From: an uncultured bacterium
GTDB lineage: Bacteria > Bacillota_I > Bacilli_A > RF39 > UBA660
DNA: 64,000 bases
Assembly: GCA_959020415.1 (NCBI GenBank)
Contig: CAUERX010000003.1
Coordinates: forward strand, 5,783-69,782
Direction of reading: 5' to 3'
The notes below the pieces were generated by a model. It had not been told where the DNA came from and searched no databases. It saw only the letters and a program-made list of their open reading frames with translations. A program made the translations under genes and the position numbers. Positions 1 to 10,928 of the stretch are shown in pieces. Within the stretch, counting starts at the first letter, position 1. The number at the start of each line of letters is the position of its first letter.

Positions 1-2
1 CC

Positions 3-164
3 GAACTTGAAAGCTTAGGAGAACCAGAAAGAACGATTATGATTAGTAGATATTATGAAGATATGACACAATCACAAATCGCGGATAGTCTTGGAACAAC
101 ACAGGTTGATGTTTCTAGACGTGAAGGACGAGTACTTTCAAAACTTAGATCAAGTGTTCATTGA
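3..164 (+). CDS. C-terminal fragment of a sigma-70 family sigma factor (region 4), SigF/SigG-like sporulation sigma; 5' end outside window
   Basis: Frame 3 reads ...RYYEDMTQSQIADSLGTTQVDVSRREGRVLSKLRSSVH-stop, a region 4.2 helix-turn-helix. The RYY-D-TQS pattern resembles SigF. The spoVA operon lies about 1.2 kb downstream, as in the Bacillus spoIIA-spoVA neighbourhood. Confidence 0.6.
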   Translation, partial: ELESLGEPERTIMISRYYEDMTQSQIADSLGTTQVDVSRREGRVLSKLRSSVH

Positions 165-197
165 CTTTTGTTATAAATTTACCTATAATTAAAATAG

Positions 198-605
198 GTG
201 AAACATATGAAAAAAGGATTTACGTTAATTGAATTAATTATGGTTATTACATTGCTTGGAATTATTGCGTTAATTGCAGTACCGACTATTAATACAATAA
301 TTAATGACTCAAAGGACAAAGCATATAAAGAGCAAATAGAGTTAATTGAGGATTCAGCTAAGACATATATGTCCAATAATTCTTTAGAATTGCCTGCACA
401 GGTTTTAAATGCTAATAAATGTATTTCTGTAAGTAAATTACAAACAGAGGGACTTCTAGCTAACAAATCAATCGAAAACCCAAAGTATAGAAGTGGAAGT
501 ACTGATTCTGAAGAGAACTTTCAATACTTTACTGGAGCGGTGAAAGTTACTTGGAATGGCTCTAAATATAAATATGTATATACAAAAAGTGCAACATGTG
601 CTTAA
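198..605 (+). CDS. Prepilin-type N-terminal cleavage/methylation domain protein (type IV pilin / ComGC-like pseudopilin)
   Basis: The N-terminus MKKG-FTLIELIMVITLLGIIALIAVP is a class III signal peptide: G/F cleavage site, Glu at +5, hydrophobic helix. An AGGTGA RBS lies upstream. Confidence 0.85.
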   Translation: MKHMKKGFTLIELIMVITLLGIIALIAVPTINTIINDSKDKAYKEQIELIEDSAKTYMSNNSLELPAQVLNANKCISVSKLQTEGLLANKSIENPKYRSGSTDSEENFQYFTGAVKVTWNGSKYKYVYTKSATCA

Positions 606-664
606 GAAGGTTTTATATCTTCTTTTTTTGTTTTTAACAAATATAATTTATTGGAGGGGATAAT

Positions 665-1273
665 ATGTATAGTTTAATGACATTACCGTATCCATATAAT
701 GGGTTAGAACCAGATATTGGTGAGGAAGTAGTGACAATTCATTATGACAAGCATCATAGGAGCTATGTAAATAAATTGAATGAAGCGTTAGAAAAGGCTA
801 ACTATAAAGGTAATTATAGTTTGGAAGAAATTCCAAATCATATCGATGAATTTCCTTTACCACTTCGCGGAGATATTTTATATAATGCTGGTGGAGTATT
901 AAATCATAATTTATATTGGTATAGTTTAAATCCTGTAAAAAGTAATCCAAGTGGGAAATTACTATATAAAATAAATGCGCAGTATGGTAATTTTGAGAAT
1001 TTTCGTAAAGATTTTATTGATAGGGCTAAACACTTAGTTGGATCTGGGTATACTTTTTTAGTTAGTAATAATCGTGGGGACTTAACAATTGTAAATTTAG
1101 TAAATCAGGAAACGCCTATTTCTTATAATTTAATACCTTTATTTACGATTGATTTATGGGAACATGCTTATTATTTACAATATAAAAATGATCGAGATAG
1201 TTATATCAATAATTTCTGGGATAAGGCAAATTTTGATTATGCAAGTAAAAAATATGATGAAATAGTTGACTAG
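665..1273 (+). CDS. sodA: Fe/Mn superoxide dismutase
   Basis: LPYPYNGLEPDIGEEVVTIHYDKHH N-terminus and the DLWEHAYYLQYKN metal-ligand motif. 202 aa, the typical length. GGAGGGG RBS. Confidence 0.93.
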   Translation: MYSLMTLPYPYNGLEPDIGEEVVTIHYDKHHRSYVNKLNEALEKANYKGNYSLEEIPNHIDEFPLPLRGDILYNAGGVLNHNLYWYSLNPVKSNPSGKLLYKINAQYGNFENFRKDFIDRAKHLVGSGYTFLVSNNRGDLTIVNLVNQETPISYNLIPLFTIDLWEHAYYLQYKNDRDSYINNFWDKANFDYASKKYDEIVD

Positions 1274-1286
1274 TTCAACTGTTTTT

Positions 1287-1316
1287 GTATAAAAAAATAA
1301 ATTCATTTCCATAATA
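1287..1316 (+). promoter_or_regulatory. Forespore sigma-G/F-type promoter candidate for the spoVA operon
   Basis: GTATA (1287-1291), an 18-nt spacer, then CATAATA (1310-1316). This matches the GHATR-N18-CATxHTA sigma-G consensus. spoVA is sigma-G dependent in B. subtilis. Confidence 0.5.
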
Positions 1317-1333
1317 AACACAGGAGGAATATT

Positions 1334-1774
1334 ATGGAAAAGAACAAATATAAAAGTATGGTGGACAAGTATACACCAAAAGAAGATATTTTATACAACG
1401 CTATTATTGCTTTTATAACTGGGGGAATTATGGGAATTGTTGGTCAAGGGTTAATTGATTTTTATTCTTATTATTTAACTATTCCGTCAAAGGAAGCAAC
1501 AGTTTGTATGCTGGTAACACTTATCTTCTTGAGCTGTTTATTTACAAGTTTAGGCTTCTTTGATAAGTGGGTTAATTTTGCTAAATGCGGATTAATTATT
1601 CCAATTACAGGATTTGCTCATGCAACGATGAGTGCAGCGTTAGAATATCGTAAGGAAGGTCTAGTAACTGGAATAGGCGCGAATATGCTTAAATTATCTG
1701 GTGCGGTGGTCATATTTGGAGTCGTCAGTGCTTGGACCTTTAGTTTAATTAGAATGGTTTTGGGGGTGATATAG
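1334..1774 (+). CDS. spoVAC: Stage V sporulation protein AC (dipicolinate channel subunit)
   Basis: 146-aa polytopic membrane protein with a GFAHATMSAALEYRKEG-type core. Order and sizes match the spoVAC-AD-AEb trio. Abuts the next gene. Confidence 0.88.
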   Translation: MEKNKYKSMVDKYTPKEDILYNAIIAFITGGIMGIVGQGLIDFYSYYLTIPSKEATVCMLVTLIFLSCLFTSLGFFDKWVNFAKCGLIIPITGFAHATMSAALEYRKEGLVTGIGANMLKLSGAVVIFGVVSAWTFSLIRMVLGVI

Positions 1775-2764
1775 GTGACTTTTAAATATAATAATGTATA
1801 TCTTAATGAAACGGCAACAGTCACCGGGCCCTACGAAGCTAAAGGACCACTTAGCAAGTATTTTGACAGGAGTTATGATGACTTATATTTTAATGCGCTT
1901 ACTTGGGAACAAGCAGAAAGTAAATCAATTAACGATGCAGTGGATATTCTACTTGGCAAAGCGGGAATGACACGCTTTGATATTGATATGTTTATTTCTG
2001 GAGATTTATTAAATCAGTTAACCGCTTCTAATTATGCTGCGGCTAATATGCCATCATCATTTATGGGGGTTTATGCAGCATGTGCTACTAGTACTTTAGG
2101 TTTAGCCACTGGCGCGAATTTAGTTGAAGGTGGGATGGTGGATAAGGTGTTATGTGCAACTTCTTCACATAACAATGGCGCAGAAAAACAATTTAGATAT
2201 CCAGTTGAGTATGGAGGGCCTAAACCAAAAACGACAACTTTTACTTCAACTGGTAGTGCAGTAGCATTACTATCTTCTAAAAAAAGCAATATTAAAATAG
2301 ACAGTTCGACAATTGGAACAGTCATCGATTCAGAAATTAATGATGTGTTTAATATGGGGGCTGTTATGGCGCCAGCTGCAGCTGATACTATTTATAAACA
2401 TTTAATGGATACTGGAAGAAATATTGATTATTATGATTTAGTATTAACTGGTGATCTAGGAATTTACGGTAAAGAAATATTAAAAGAATATATGCAAATT
2501 GAATATGGAATTAGTTTAGATAAATATAACGATACAGGAACGATGTTATATAGTTTAGAAAGACAACCAGTTTATGCTGGAGCTAGCGGACCGGCATGTG
2601 CGCCACTTGTAACATATGGATATATTTTAGATCAAATGCGAGCTAAAAAATTAAAGAAAGTTTTAGTGGTAGCAACTGGAGCTTTAATGAGTCAGACGAT
2701 GGCTAATCAAAAGTTAACAATTCCAGCTGTAGCGCATGCGATTAGTTTGGAGGCGGTAAGATGA
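1775..2764 (+). CDS. spoVAD: Stage V sporulation protein AD (thiolase-fold, DPA-binding)
   Basis: 329 aa with beta-ketoacyl synthase-like fold signatures (AACATS, SSHNNGAEKQFRYP). GTG start directly after the spoVAC stop. Overlaps spoVAE by 4 nt. Confidence 0.88.
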   Translation: MTFKYNNVYLNETATVTGPYEAKGPLSKYFDRSYDDLYFNALTWEQAESKSINDAVDILLGKAGMTRFDIDMFISGDLLNQLTASNYAAANMPSSFMGVYAACATSTLGLATGANLVEGGMVDKVLCATSSHNNGAEKQFRYPVEYGGPKPKTTTFTSTGSAVALLSSKKSNIKIDSSTIGTVIDSEINDVFNMGAVMAPAAADTIYKHLMDTGRNIDYYDLVLTGDLGIYGKEILKEYMQIEYGISLDKYNDTGTMLYSLERQPVYAGASGPACAPLVTYGYILDQMRAKKLKKVLVVATGALMSQTMANQKLTIPAVAHAISLEAVR

Positions 2765-3111
2765 TTTATTTAAATGCATTTTTATTTGCCGGGTTAGTGT
2801 GCATGCTTGGACAGTTAATTTTGGATAATACTAAATTAACGCCAGGTCATATTACAGTTATATTTGTAGTTTTGGGGGCGTTCTTAGATGTTTTCGATAT
2901 TTATGATAAACTAGTTTTATGGGCTGGTGGAGGAGCACTTGTGCCAATTACAAGCTTTGGGCATATGCTTACTCATGGAGCAATAATGGGCTATCAAAAT
3001 GATGGAATTATGGGACTGCTTGTAGGAACATTTGATTTAACTTCAGCAGGTATTTGTGCCGCGATTATATTAGCTTTTTATTTATCATTTATATTTAAAC
3101 CAAGAGATTAA
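2761..3111 (+). CDS. spoVAE: Stage V sporulation protein AE (AEb type)
   Basis: 116-aa membrane protein paralogous to SpoVAC (PITSFGH motif). Third gene of the conserved trio. Confidence 0.85.
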   Translation: MIYLNAFLFAGLVCMLGQLILDNTKLTPGHITVIFVVLGAFLDVFDIYDKLVLWAGGGALVPITSFGHMLTHGAIMGYQNDGIMGLLVGTFDLTSAGICAAIILAFYLSFIFKPRD

Positions 3112-3841
3112 TTTCTCTTTTTTTGTTACCTTTGGTCATTAAATATAACCAAAAACTTGAGAAAAAAGTAATAACAATAATGAAGAGAATTATATACCAA
3201 AACATTCCTAGTGTATTAATTACACTAATTAAAATATCATTAAATGAAAGTCCATTTAAAAGAGGTATATTAAACACTTCAATATTAACAGCATATGGTA
3301 AATGATAGTTTGGAAATAAGAAGGAATTTAAAAATATATAATTGGCGTCATTTTTAATTATAATGTTTGCTAGAAGACCGATGATGATTTGAAGATAAAC
3401 TATCAAAATTGGTTTGAAGGAAAAAGGTGGTTTATAATTTTTGATAACGTAAGTACCAATGAAAATTAAAAGACTATGGTAGATGTAACATTCTAATACA
3501 TTAAAACTTAAAAATGGATTTGGACTGGTCATAGTAATAGCTGCAGTTCCATATAAAATTCCAAATGCTCCTAAAAAGCTTAATACATAATTTTTAGGTT
3601 TTAAAAGATAAATAATTCCGATAATAGGGTATGTAAAACATAGTTGTAAGGAAAGATCTTTATTTATATCAAAACTATTTGTTATGATTAGGAAAATGAC
3701 TCTAATTATTTCGATGATAAGTAGTGTTAGTAGACTGAATTTTAATATTTTATAATTTTTTTTAAGGTTAAGAGCCCAAATAATGGGGATAACTAAAAAG
3801 GAGAAAATAATTAGTAAATGTCTTATTGAATAAAAACTCAT
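3095..3841 (-). CDS. Polytopic integral membrane protein of unknown function (possibly YwaF/TIGR02206-like)
   Basis: 248 aa with at least 6 hydrophobic segments. AAGGTGA RBS upstream of the ATG. Convergent with spoVAE. The family assignment is from memory only. Confidence 0.7.
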   Translation of the reverse strand: MSFYSIRHLLIIFSFLVIPIIWALNLKKNYKILKFSLLTLLIIEIIRVIFLIITNSFDINKDLSLQLCFTYPIIGIIYLLKPKNYVLSFLGAFGILYGTAAITMTSPNPFLSFNVLECYIYHSLLIFIGTYVIKNYKPPFSFKPILIVYLQIIIGLLANIIIKNDANYIFLNSFLFPNYHLPYAVNIEVFNIPLLNGLSFNDILISVINTLGMFWYIILFIIVITFFSSFWLYLMTKGNKKREINLLV

Positions 3842-3899
3842 AGTATCACCTTATATATTTTATGTTTTAATGCTAATTAAAAGAATTAAATGTTATTGA

Positions 3900-3913
3900 C
3901 AAACAATTGTTCG
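3900..3913 (+). promoter_or_regulatory. Candidate LexA (Cheo) box upstream of uvrA
   Basis: CAAACAATTGTTCG against the Firmicute consensus CGAAC-N4-GTTCG, with one mismatch. It overlaps a TTGACA hexamer at 3896-3901. uvrA is a classical SOS gene. Confidence 0.4.
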
Positions 3914-4003
3914 TGTGATAAAGTGATAATGTATTTGCTTGACAATTATGTTATAATAAGAAACAAGCAGTGAGAAAATGCTAATAGACTAGGAGTTAAT
4001 AAA

Positions 4004-6814
4004 ATGGATGAGATTATAATAAAAGGTGCACGAGAAAATAATTTAAAAAATATAGATATAACTTTACCTAAGAATAAATTAATTGTTATGACAGGGGTTA
4101 GTGGTAGTGGTAAAAGTTCACTAGCGTTTGATACAATTTATGCAGAAGGTCAAAGGAGATATGTTGAAAGTTTAAGTGCTTATGCACGTCAATTTTTGGG
4201 TGGATCAGAAAAACCATTGGTTGATAGTATTGAAGGTTTAAGTCCATCAATAAGTATCGACCAAAAAACTACTCATAAAAATCCACGAAGTACGGTGGGA
4301 ACAGTAACAGAAATATATGATTATTTTAGACTTTTGTATGCTCGCATTGGAATTCCATATTGTCCAGTTCACCATAAGCCAATTTTTTCACAAAGTGTTG
4401 AGGAAATGGTTAATGATGTTTTAAAGTTAGATGTAGGAACTAAAATTCGTGTTTTGGGACCTGTGGCGGCTCTAGAAAAGGGAACTCACAAGGATTTATT
4501 AGAAGGTTTACGCAAAGATGGTTATGCTAGGGTAGTTATCGATGAAAAAGATTATGATTTATCTGAGGAAATAATTTTAGAGAAGAATAAAAAACATACA
4601 ATTGAAGTTGTCGTGGATAGACTTGTAATTAAAGATGAAATTAGAAGTAGGCTATTTGAATCAGTAGAAATCGCCACTAAATTAGGTAAGGGACGAGTTT
4701 TGATTGATATTATTGGTGGTGATAAAATCTTGATGAGTGAGACTTATGCTTGTCCGGATTGTGATTTTTCATTGCCAGAATTAGAGCCTAGGATGTTTTC
4801 GTTTAATGCACCATGGGGGGCTTGTCCAGATTGTAAAGGTTTAGGTATTAAATATAAAATAGATGAGGATTTAGTACTTCCTGATAAAGACTTAAGCATT
4901 AGTGAAGGGGCAATTAAAGTTATTAATAATAGTGATGATAGTAATATTACTTTTACTAATTTACAAACAGCTTGCGAATATTATAAAATTGATATGGATA
5001 AGCCAATTAAGAATTTAACGCGTAAGGAATTAGATATAATTTTATATGGGACTAATGATGTTTTAACTTTTAATTATACATCTAAAAATGGTAATACAAG
5101 AACGAGCAAAGGTTTATATGAAGGAATTATTACGAATTTAGAACGACGTTATATGGAAACTAAAAGTACATGGATTCGTGAGTGGATCGAGAATTATATG
5201 ACAGAATTAAAATGTCCAAAATGTCACGGCTCAAGACTTAACGATAGTGTTTTGGCAGTGTTAATTGGTGGCAAGAATATTTATGAATTAACGCAGATGA
5301 GTATTAAAGATATATTTGAGTTTTTTAAGACTTTGAAACTTACTGATGAGCAGCACAAAATTTCAGAATTAATTATTAAAGAAATAAATTCACGTTTAAG
5401 CTTTTTAATTAATGTGGGGCTTGAGTATTTAACTTTATCGCGTGAGGCTGGAACATTATCTGGTGGTGAAGCTCAGCGTATTAGATTAGCTACACAGATT
5501 GGTTCAAGATTAACAGGTGTTTTATATGTTTTAGATGAACCATCGATTGGTCTACATCAAAGGGATAATCAACGCTTAATAGATTCACTTAAAGAAATGC
5601 GTGATTTAGGTAATACCTTGATTGTTGTGGAACATGATACTGATACGATGCTTGAAGCTGATTATTTGGTTGATATTGGTCCAAATGCCGGAGTTCATGG
5701 TGGCAAAATTGTGGCTGAGGGAACGCCAGAAGAAGTTATGAAAAACCCTAATAGTTTAACAGGAAGATATTTATCGGGTAAAGAAAAGATTGAAGTTCCT
5801 AGTAAGCGAAGAAAAGGAAATAAAAAGTATTTAGAGATTAAAGGAGCTTCTGAAAATAATTTAAAGAATGTTAATGTAAAATTTCCGCTTGGTAAATTTA
5901 TTTGTGTAACAGGAGTAAGTGGTAGTGGTAAAAGTACTTTAGTTAATGAAATTTTATATAAGGTGATCGCTAATAATTTATATCGTTCAAAGAATAAGCC
6001 AGGAAAATATAAAACGATTAAAGGTTTAGAAAATATTGATAAGGTAGTTGATATTTCACAAGCGCCAATTGGTAGAACACCTAGATCTAATCCAGCAACT
6101 TATACTGGTGTGTTTGACGATATTCGTGATGTGTTTGCAGAGACTAAGGAAGCAAAGATGCGTGGGTATGATAAAGGAAGATTCTCGTTTAATGTTAAAG
6201 GCGGAAGATGCGAAGCTTGCTGGGGTGACGGTGTTAAAAAGATCGAAATGCATTTTTTACCGGATGTATATGTTCCTTGTGAGGTATGTCATGGAACACG
6301 TTATAATACAGAAACATTACAAATTAAATATAAAGGTAAAAATATTTATGATGTTTTAGAGATGACAGTAGAGGAAGCTTTAGAATTTTTTGAAAATATT
6401 CCAAAGGTTAAAAATAAATTACAAGTGCTTTTGGATGTGGGACTTTCTTATATTAAGCTAGGTCAAAGTGCACCAACTTTATCAGGTGGTGAGGCAGCTA
6501 GGGTAAAACTTGCTAAAGAATTACAGAAAAAACCAACTGGAAAAAGTTTATTTATTTTAGATGAGCCAACTACTGGATTACATAGTGATGATATTAAAAA
6601 ATTGTTAGTTATTCTAAATAGAATAGTGGATAATGGTGATACGGTTTTAGTTATTGAACATAACTTAGATGTTATTAAGGTAGCTGACTATATTATTGAT
6701 TTAGGCCCAGAAGGTGGAGATCAAGGTGGGAGTATTGTGTTTGCCGGAACACCAGAGGAGTTAGTTAATGAATCTAAAAGTTATACGGGTCAGTTTTTAA
6801 AATCATACTTATAA
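4004..6814 (+). CDS. uvrA: Excinuclease ABC subunit A
   Basis: 936 aa. Two ABC modules (GVSGSGKSS and GVSGSGKST Walker A motifs, two LSGGE signatures). Zn-finger Cys pairs (CPDC...CPDC, CEAC...CEVC). Confidence 0.97.
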   Translation: MDEIIIKGARENNLKNIDITLPKNKLIVMTGVSGSGKSSLAFDTIYAEGQRRYVESLSAYARQFLGGSEKPLVDSIEGLSPSISIDQKTTHKNPRSTVGTVTEIYDYFRLLYARIGIPYCPVHHKPIFSQSVEEMVNDVLKLDVGTKIRVLGPVAALEKGTHKDLLEGLRKDGYARVVIDEKDYDLSEEIILEKNKKHTIEVVVDRLVIKDEIRSRLFESVEIATKLGKGRVLIDIIGGDKILMSETYACPDCDFSLPELEPRMFSFNAPWGACPDCKGLGIKYKIDEDLVLPDKDLSISEGAIKVINNSDDSNITFTNLQTACEYYKIDMDKPIKNLTRKELDIILYGTNDVLTFNYTSKNGNTRTSKGLYEGIITNLERRYMETKSTWIREWIENYMTELKCPKCHGSRLNDSVLAVLIGGKNIYELTQMSIKDIFEFFKTLKLTDEQHKISELIIKEINSRLSFLINVGLEYLTLSREAGTLSGGEAQRIRLATQIGSRLTGVLYVLDEPSIGLHQRDNQRLIDSLKEMRDLGNTLIVVEHDTDTMLEADYLVDIGPNAGVHGGKIVAEGTPEEVMKNPNSLTGRYLSGKEKIEVPSKRRKGNKKYLEIKGASENNLKNVNVKFPLGKFICVTGVSGSGKSTLVNEILYKVIANNLYRSKNKPGKYKTIKGLENIDKVVDISQAPIGRTPRSNPATYTGVFDDIRDVFAETKEAKMRGYDKGRFSFNVKGGRCEACWGDGVKKIEMHFLPDVYVPCEVCHGTRYNTETLQIKYKGKNIYDVLEMTVEEALEFFENIPKVKNKLQVLLDVGLSYIKLGQSAPTLSGGEAARVKLAKELQKKPTGKSLFILDEPTTGLHSDDIKKLLVILNRIVDNGDTVLVIEHNLDVIKVADYIIDLGPEGGDQGGSIVFAGTPEELVNESKSYTGQFLKSYL

Positions 6815-6815
6815 G

Positions 6816-6841
6816 GATATCTGTTTTAGATATCTTTTTTA
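6816..6841 (+). terminator. Rho-independent terminator of uvrA
   Basis: GATATCT-gtttt-AGATATC hairpin followed by a T-run. Confidence 0.8.
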
Positions 6842-6975
6842 TTTATATGTAAAAGAGAAAACAAATTTATTTTAGAATATATAAGTGATGAAAGAATATT
6901 TTAAACTCGATATCAAATAATAAAGGTTTAAATAATATTTTAAACATGATATACTTATATATAGTAGGTGGTAGA

Positions 6976-8205
6976 ATGAAAAAAGGTTTTAAATATATTT
7001 TATGTTTATTTATATCTTTATTTTTATTAACAAGTGTACAAGCGTTAGAATTAGATATTCATTCAAGTAATGCTATTTTATATAATACGAATGACGATAA
7101 GGTTTTATATCAAAAAAACGAAAATGAAAAAGTTCAAATTGCTAGTTTAACAAAAATCATGACAGCAATAGTTACACTTGATAAGATTGATAATCTAGAT
7201 GAAAAGGTGACTTTAGTCAGTGAAGATTTTAAAGGGTTATTGGAAGAAAATTTAGTTACGGCAGGATTTAAAGTTGGTCAATCGGCTTCATATCGTGACT
7301 TGCTTTATGGTTTATTACTTCCATCAGGAGCGGATGCTGCTAAAGCTTTAGCACGCTCCATTGGTGGAACTGAAGAAAATTTTGTAAAACTTATGAATGA
7401 AAAAGCTAGGGAATTAAATTTAAAAGAAACGCATTTTACCAACCCAATTGGGCTTGATGATGAAAACAATTATTCGACGGTTAAAGATGTTTCATTAATG
7501 TTTAAGTATGCTTTAAAAAATGATGATTTCAAAAAGATTATTACTAGTAGTAGTTATACAACTTCGGATGGAAGGTTAACTTTAAAAAATAAAATTCGTC
7601 ACAATAGTAACGTTGGAACTTATTTGCTTGGTGGGAAAACTGGAACAACCGATGGAGCTGGTCTTTGTTTGGCAAGTATAGCTTCAAAAGATGGAGTGAA
7701 TTTTTTATTAGTAACCACAGGCGCTCCATATGATAAGAAAGGTCCACACAATTATGAGGATGCAAAAACAATCTATGGATATTTTCTTTCCAATTATAGT
7801 TATCAAAATATTTTAACCCCTAGTGATAGTATTTTAACACTAGATACTAAGTATGCTAAAGAGGACAAAGTAGATTTTTATTTAGAGGACAATTTAAAAC
7901 TTTATTTACCAAATAATTTTGATAAAAAAGATTTAAATTTTGATTATTCGGGAATTAAAAACGTAACGCCATTCATGAAAAAAGGGACTAAGCTTGGGAA
8001 TTTAGATATTTATTATAAGAATGAAAAAATAAAAAGTGTAGGAATTACATTAAATAACAAACAAGAAATTTCAATTTTAAAAATTCTTGATGAATATAAG
8101 CTCATAGTTATCGGTACTTTATTTTTAATTATTGTATTTGTTATATTAAGAAAACGAAAAAAGAAAAGAAAAAAACGTAAAGGCAAACGAAAGAAAACGT
8201 TGTGA
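6976..8205 (+). CDS. D-alanyl-D-alanine carboxypeptidase (S11, low-MW PBP) with C-terminal membrane anchor
   Basis: Signal peptide MKKGFKYILCLFISLFLL. Active-site SLTK (ASLTKIMTA) and a GKTGTT (KTG) motif. C-terminal TM helix followed by a poly-Lys/Arg tail. Start moved to ATG 6976, which has a GGTGG RBS. Confidence 0.88.
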   Translation: MKKGFKYILCLFISLFLLTSVQALELDIHSSNAILYNTNDDKVLYQKNENEKVQIASLTKIMTAIVTLDKIDNLDEKVTLVSEDFKGLLEENLVTAGFKVGQSASYRDLLYGLLLPSGADAAKALARSIGGTEENFVKLMNEKARELNLKETHFTNPIGLDDENNYSTVKDVSLMFKYALKNDDFKKIITSSSYTTSDGRLTLKNKIRHNSNVGTYLLGGKTGTTDGAGLCLASIASKDGVNFLLVTTGAPYDKKGPHNYEDAKTIYGYFLSNYSYQNILTPSDSILTLDTKYAKEDKVDFYLEDNLKLYLPNNFDKKDLNFDYSGIKNVTPFMKKGTKLGNLDIYYKNEKIKSVGITLNNKQEISILKILDEYKLIVIGTLFLIIVFVILRKRKKKRKKRKGKRKKTL

Positions 8206-8245
8206 GATTTGCTTATTATGTTATAATTTAATAGGTGATGTTAAT

Positions 8246-8857
8246 ATGGGAAAAAACATAGAAATGTTTAAGTGTTTCGTGCGAGTTATGCGAAGTGATC
8301 GGAAAGAAATCGATAAAATATTGCCTTCAATGTATCAGGAGAGTTTTTATTTAATTGACGAGGACTTTTTATTAAATCTGGGAATTAGAAATCTTATTTT
8401 GGATATCGATGGGACTTTACTACCGGTGGATGATGTGAACATTCCAGAAAAATTAATAACTAGAATAGAACTTTTACGAAAAAAGCAGATAGGTATATGT
8501 TTAATGTCTAATAACGGTGAAGAACGTGTGGCTCCAGTGGCAAAAGAATTGGGATTATCTGATAGTTATTTGGCTAATGCTCATAAACCACTTCCGTCAG
8601 CTTTTGATAGAGCTTTAGAAATCTTAGATAGTGATAAGGATTCGGTGGCTATGGTTGGCGACCAAATGATGAGTGATATTAAAGGAGCCAATGAATATGG
8701 AATTTATTCTATTTTAGTTAGACCGGTCTCTAGTCATAACAATATTCAAACAGGAACTAGTCGTTTTTTGCAAAATAGGATGGAAAAACATTTAGAGAAA
8801 ATTAATTTATTTAGTAGTGAAAAATATTATCAAAATTCAAAAGGAGTGAGAAAATGA
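8246..8857 (+). CDS. YqeG-family HAD-IIIA phosphatase
   Basis: DIDGTL, SNN, HKP and VGDQMMSDIKGAN motifs are collinear with B. subtilis YqeG. Confidence 0.8.
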   Translation: MGKNIEMFKCFVRVMRSDRKEIDKILPSMYQESFYLIDEDFLLNLGIRNLILDIDGTLLPVDDVNIPEKLITRIELLRKKQIGICLMSNNGEERVAPVAKELGLSDSYLANAHKPLPSAFDRALEILDSDKDSVAMVGDQMMSDIKGANEYGIYSILVRPVSSHNNIQTGTSRFLQNRMEKHLEKINLFSSEKYYQNSKGVRK

Positions 8858-9573
8858 CACCACATAATTCAGCCGAAAAAGGGCAGATAGCTGAAAAAGT
8901 TATAATGCCAGGAGATCCATTACGTTCAAAATTTATTGTTGAAAATTATTTCGATGACTATGAAATAGTTAGTGAAGTAAGAGGAAATACAGTTTATACA
9001 GGTCATTATAAGGGTGAAAAAGTTAGCGTAATGGCTTCTGGAATGGGAATTCCAAGTATGGGGATTTACGCTTATGAGCTTTTTAATTATTATGGTGTTA
9101 AAGCGATAATTAAGGTTGGTTCTTGTGGAACTTATAATCCAAAGATGAATTTATTTGATATTGTTTTAGCTGGTCGTAGTTATTCAGAAACTAATTATGA
9201 TATTACGGCGGGAAATAAGAATATAGATATTGTTTATCCATCTTTAGAACTTAATAAAAAATTAGCGACTAAAGCTGTTTCAATGAATATTCCTATTCAA
9301 GTTGGTGACGTTATTTGTTCGGAATGTTTTGATGCTTATATGGATGATGAAGGAAAGTTTTTAGATAGACTTCCTAAAGAACTAGACCCAATGGTTGGAG
9401 AAATGGAAAGTTATTCATTATTTTATTTAGCAAATAAATTTGAAAAAATGGCAGCTTGCGTACTTACAGTTACAGATATTATTGGAACAGAGGTGCATGC
9501 ATCGCCAGTAGAGCGTGAAAAAGGTTTAAGAGTAGCGATTGAAATGGCGCTTGAAACTATTAAAGAATTATAA
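8854..9573 (+). CDS. deoD: Purine nucleoside phosphorylase, DeoD type
   Basis: TPHNSAEKGQIAEKVIMPGDPLRSKFIVENYF...SGMGIPSMGIY...VGSCG...EMES is collinear with DeoD. Confidence 0.92.
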   Translation: MTPHNSAEKGQIAEKVIMPGDPLRSKFIVENYFDDYEIVSEVRGNTVYTGHYKGEKVSVMASGMGIPSMGIYAYELFNYYGVKAIIKVGSCGTYNPKMNLFDIVLAGRSYSETNYDITAGNKNIDIVYPSLELNKKLATKAVSMNIPIQVGDVICSECFDAYMDDEGKFLDRLPKELDPMVGEMESYSLFYLANKFEKMAACVLTVTDIIGTEVHASPVEREKGLRVAIEMALETIKEL

Positions 9574-9653
9574 TTCTTTTTAGTTTTAAGGTAATTGTTT
9601 AATTAAGGAATATAAAAATTAAAAATACGCCATAATATAAAAAGAGGTGAAAT

Positions 9654-10928
9654 ATGGATTATAAATTATACGATATGGGCAATTACAATTTATATTTGAT
9701 AAATACTGATAAATTTAAAACGATTTCGTTATCTGCTTATTTTCGCCATGAAAATACGAGAGAAGATGTAGTTTATTTATCAATTTTAAAAGACGTTTTA
9801 GAAGCTGGAACTGCTGGTTTTGAAAAACTAAATGATTATTATAGACAAAGACTTGAAATATATGATCCAAAGGTGACAATTAGATCATTAAATTATGGCA
9901 AGGATAGAACATTTTTAATTAATGGGCAATTTGCGAATGAAAATTATACTGAACAAGGGATGAATGAAAAAAGCATAAAATTTATTTTTGATATGCTTTA
10001 TAATCCAAAACTAAATGGAGAAGCCTTTGATGCAGAAACATTTGAGATTTGCCGTCACGACTATGTAGAAGCGCTTAAATCAGCTAAGGATAATCCAACA
10101 ACATACAGCCAGAGTCGTCTTTGGGAAGAAATGGATGTGTATGATTACGATATCATTAGAAATGATGAGGCAATAGATTTAGCACTTAAGATGACAGCTC
10201 ATGATTTATATAAATATTATCAGACTTTATTTACGGAAAATTCATTAGATATTTTTGTAATTGGTAATTTTGATAATGAAAAAATGAGAGAAATAATCGC
10301 ACCTTTAGTAAAAGGTGATTTTAAACAAAGTCATAAAAATCGTTATATATCTTATGAAAGTGCGCGAGAAGAAATTAAAGAAGTCATTGAACCAGCACAG
10401 ACAGGACAAAGTCAATTAGCTATTGGTTTAAAATTTGTGGATTTAACCGACTTTGAACGTAAATATGTTTCAGTATTTTATATAAGTATTTTAGGAGGCA
10501 ATTGGAGCTCTAAATTAAATCAGGTTGTGCGCGAAGAAAATTCTTTATGTTATTATATTGGGGCTATCCGTAATATACCATATAGTGCAGCTTTTATATA
10601 TGCAGGAATAGATGCCGAGGATTTTAAAAAGACTTGCGATCTGATTAAAGAGCAAATGCAATCGATGATCAAAGGTGATTTTACTTTAGATGCAATGAAA
10701 CAAGTAAAACAGATTTATGAAAATTCATTAGTGGAAATTGAAGATAGTCAAATAGCGATTTTGAATACTTTAACGTCAGAGTTGCTTAGTGATAATGATG
10801 ATATTGATAAAAGGCGTGAATTGATAGGTAAAGTTACTAAAGAAGATATTATCAATTTATCTAAAAAGGTACATTTTGATGTTATTTATTTGCTTAAGGG
10901 GGAAAACAATGAAAAAGGTCAAGCTTAA
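9654..10928 (+). CDS. M16-family peptidase-like protein, probable non-catalytic partner (no HxxEH)
   Basis: 424 aa with insulinase-like fold features but no zinc motif. Overlaps the downstream active M16 gene, the usual heterodimeric M16B arrangement. Confidence 0.7.
   Translation: MDYKLYDMGNYNLYLINTDKFKTISLSAYFRHENTREDVVYLSILKDVLEAGTAGFEKLNDYYRQRLEIYDPKVTIRSLNYGKDRTFLINGQFANENYTEQGMNEKSIKFIFDMLYNPKLNGEAFDAETFEICRHDYVEALKSAKDNPTTYSQSRLWEEMDVYDYDIIRNDEAIDLALKMTAHDLYKYYQTLFTENSLDIFVIGNFDNEKMREIIAPLVKGDFKQSHKNRYISYESAREEIKEVIEPAQTGQSQLAIGLKFVDLTDFERKYVSVFYISILGGNWSSKLNQVVREENSLCYYIGAIRNIPYSAAFIYAGIDAEDFKKTCDLIKEQMQSMIKGDFTLDAMKQVKQIYENSLVEIEDSQIAILNTLTSELLSDNDDIDKRRELIGKVTKEDIINLSKKVHFDVIYLLKGENNEKGQA

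Noticed and set aside
8140-8205. Poly-Lys/Arg tail (RKRKKKRKKRKGKRKKTL) of the DD-carboxypeptidase as a separate feature
   Set aside because: It is a cytoplasmic positive-inside anchor after the C-terminal TM helix. It is unusual in length but explained by membrane topology, and the A-rich DNA gives no evidence of frameshifting.
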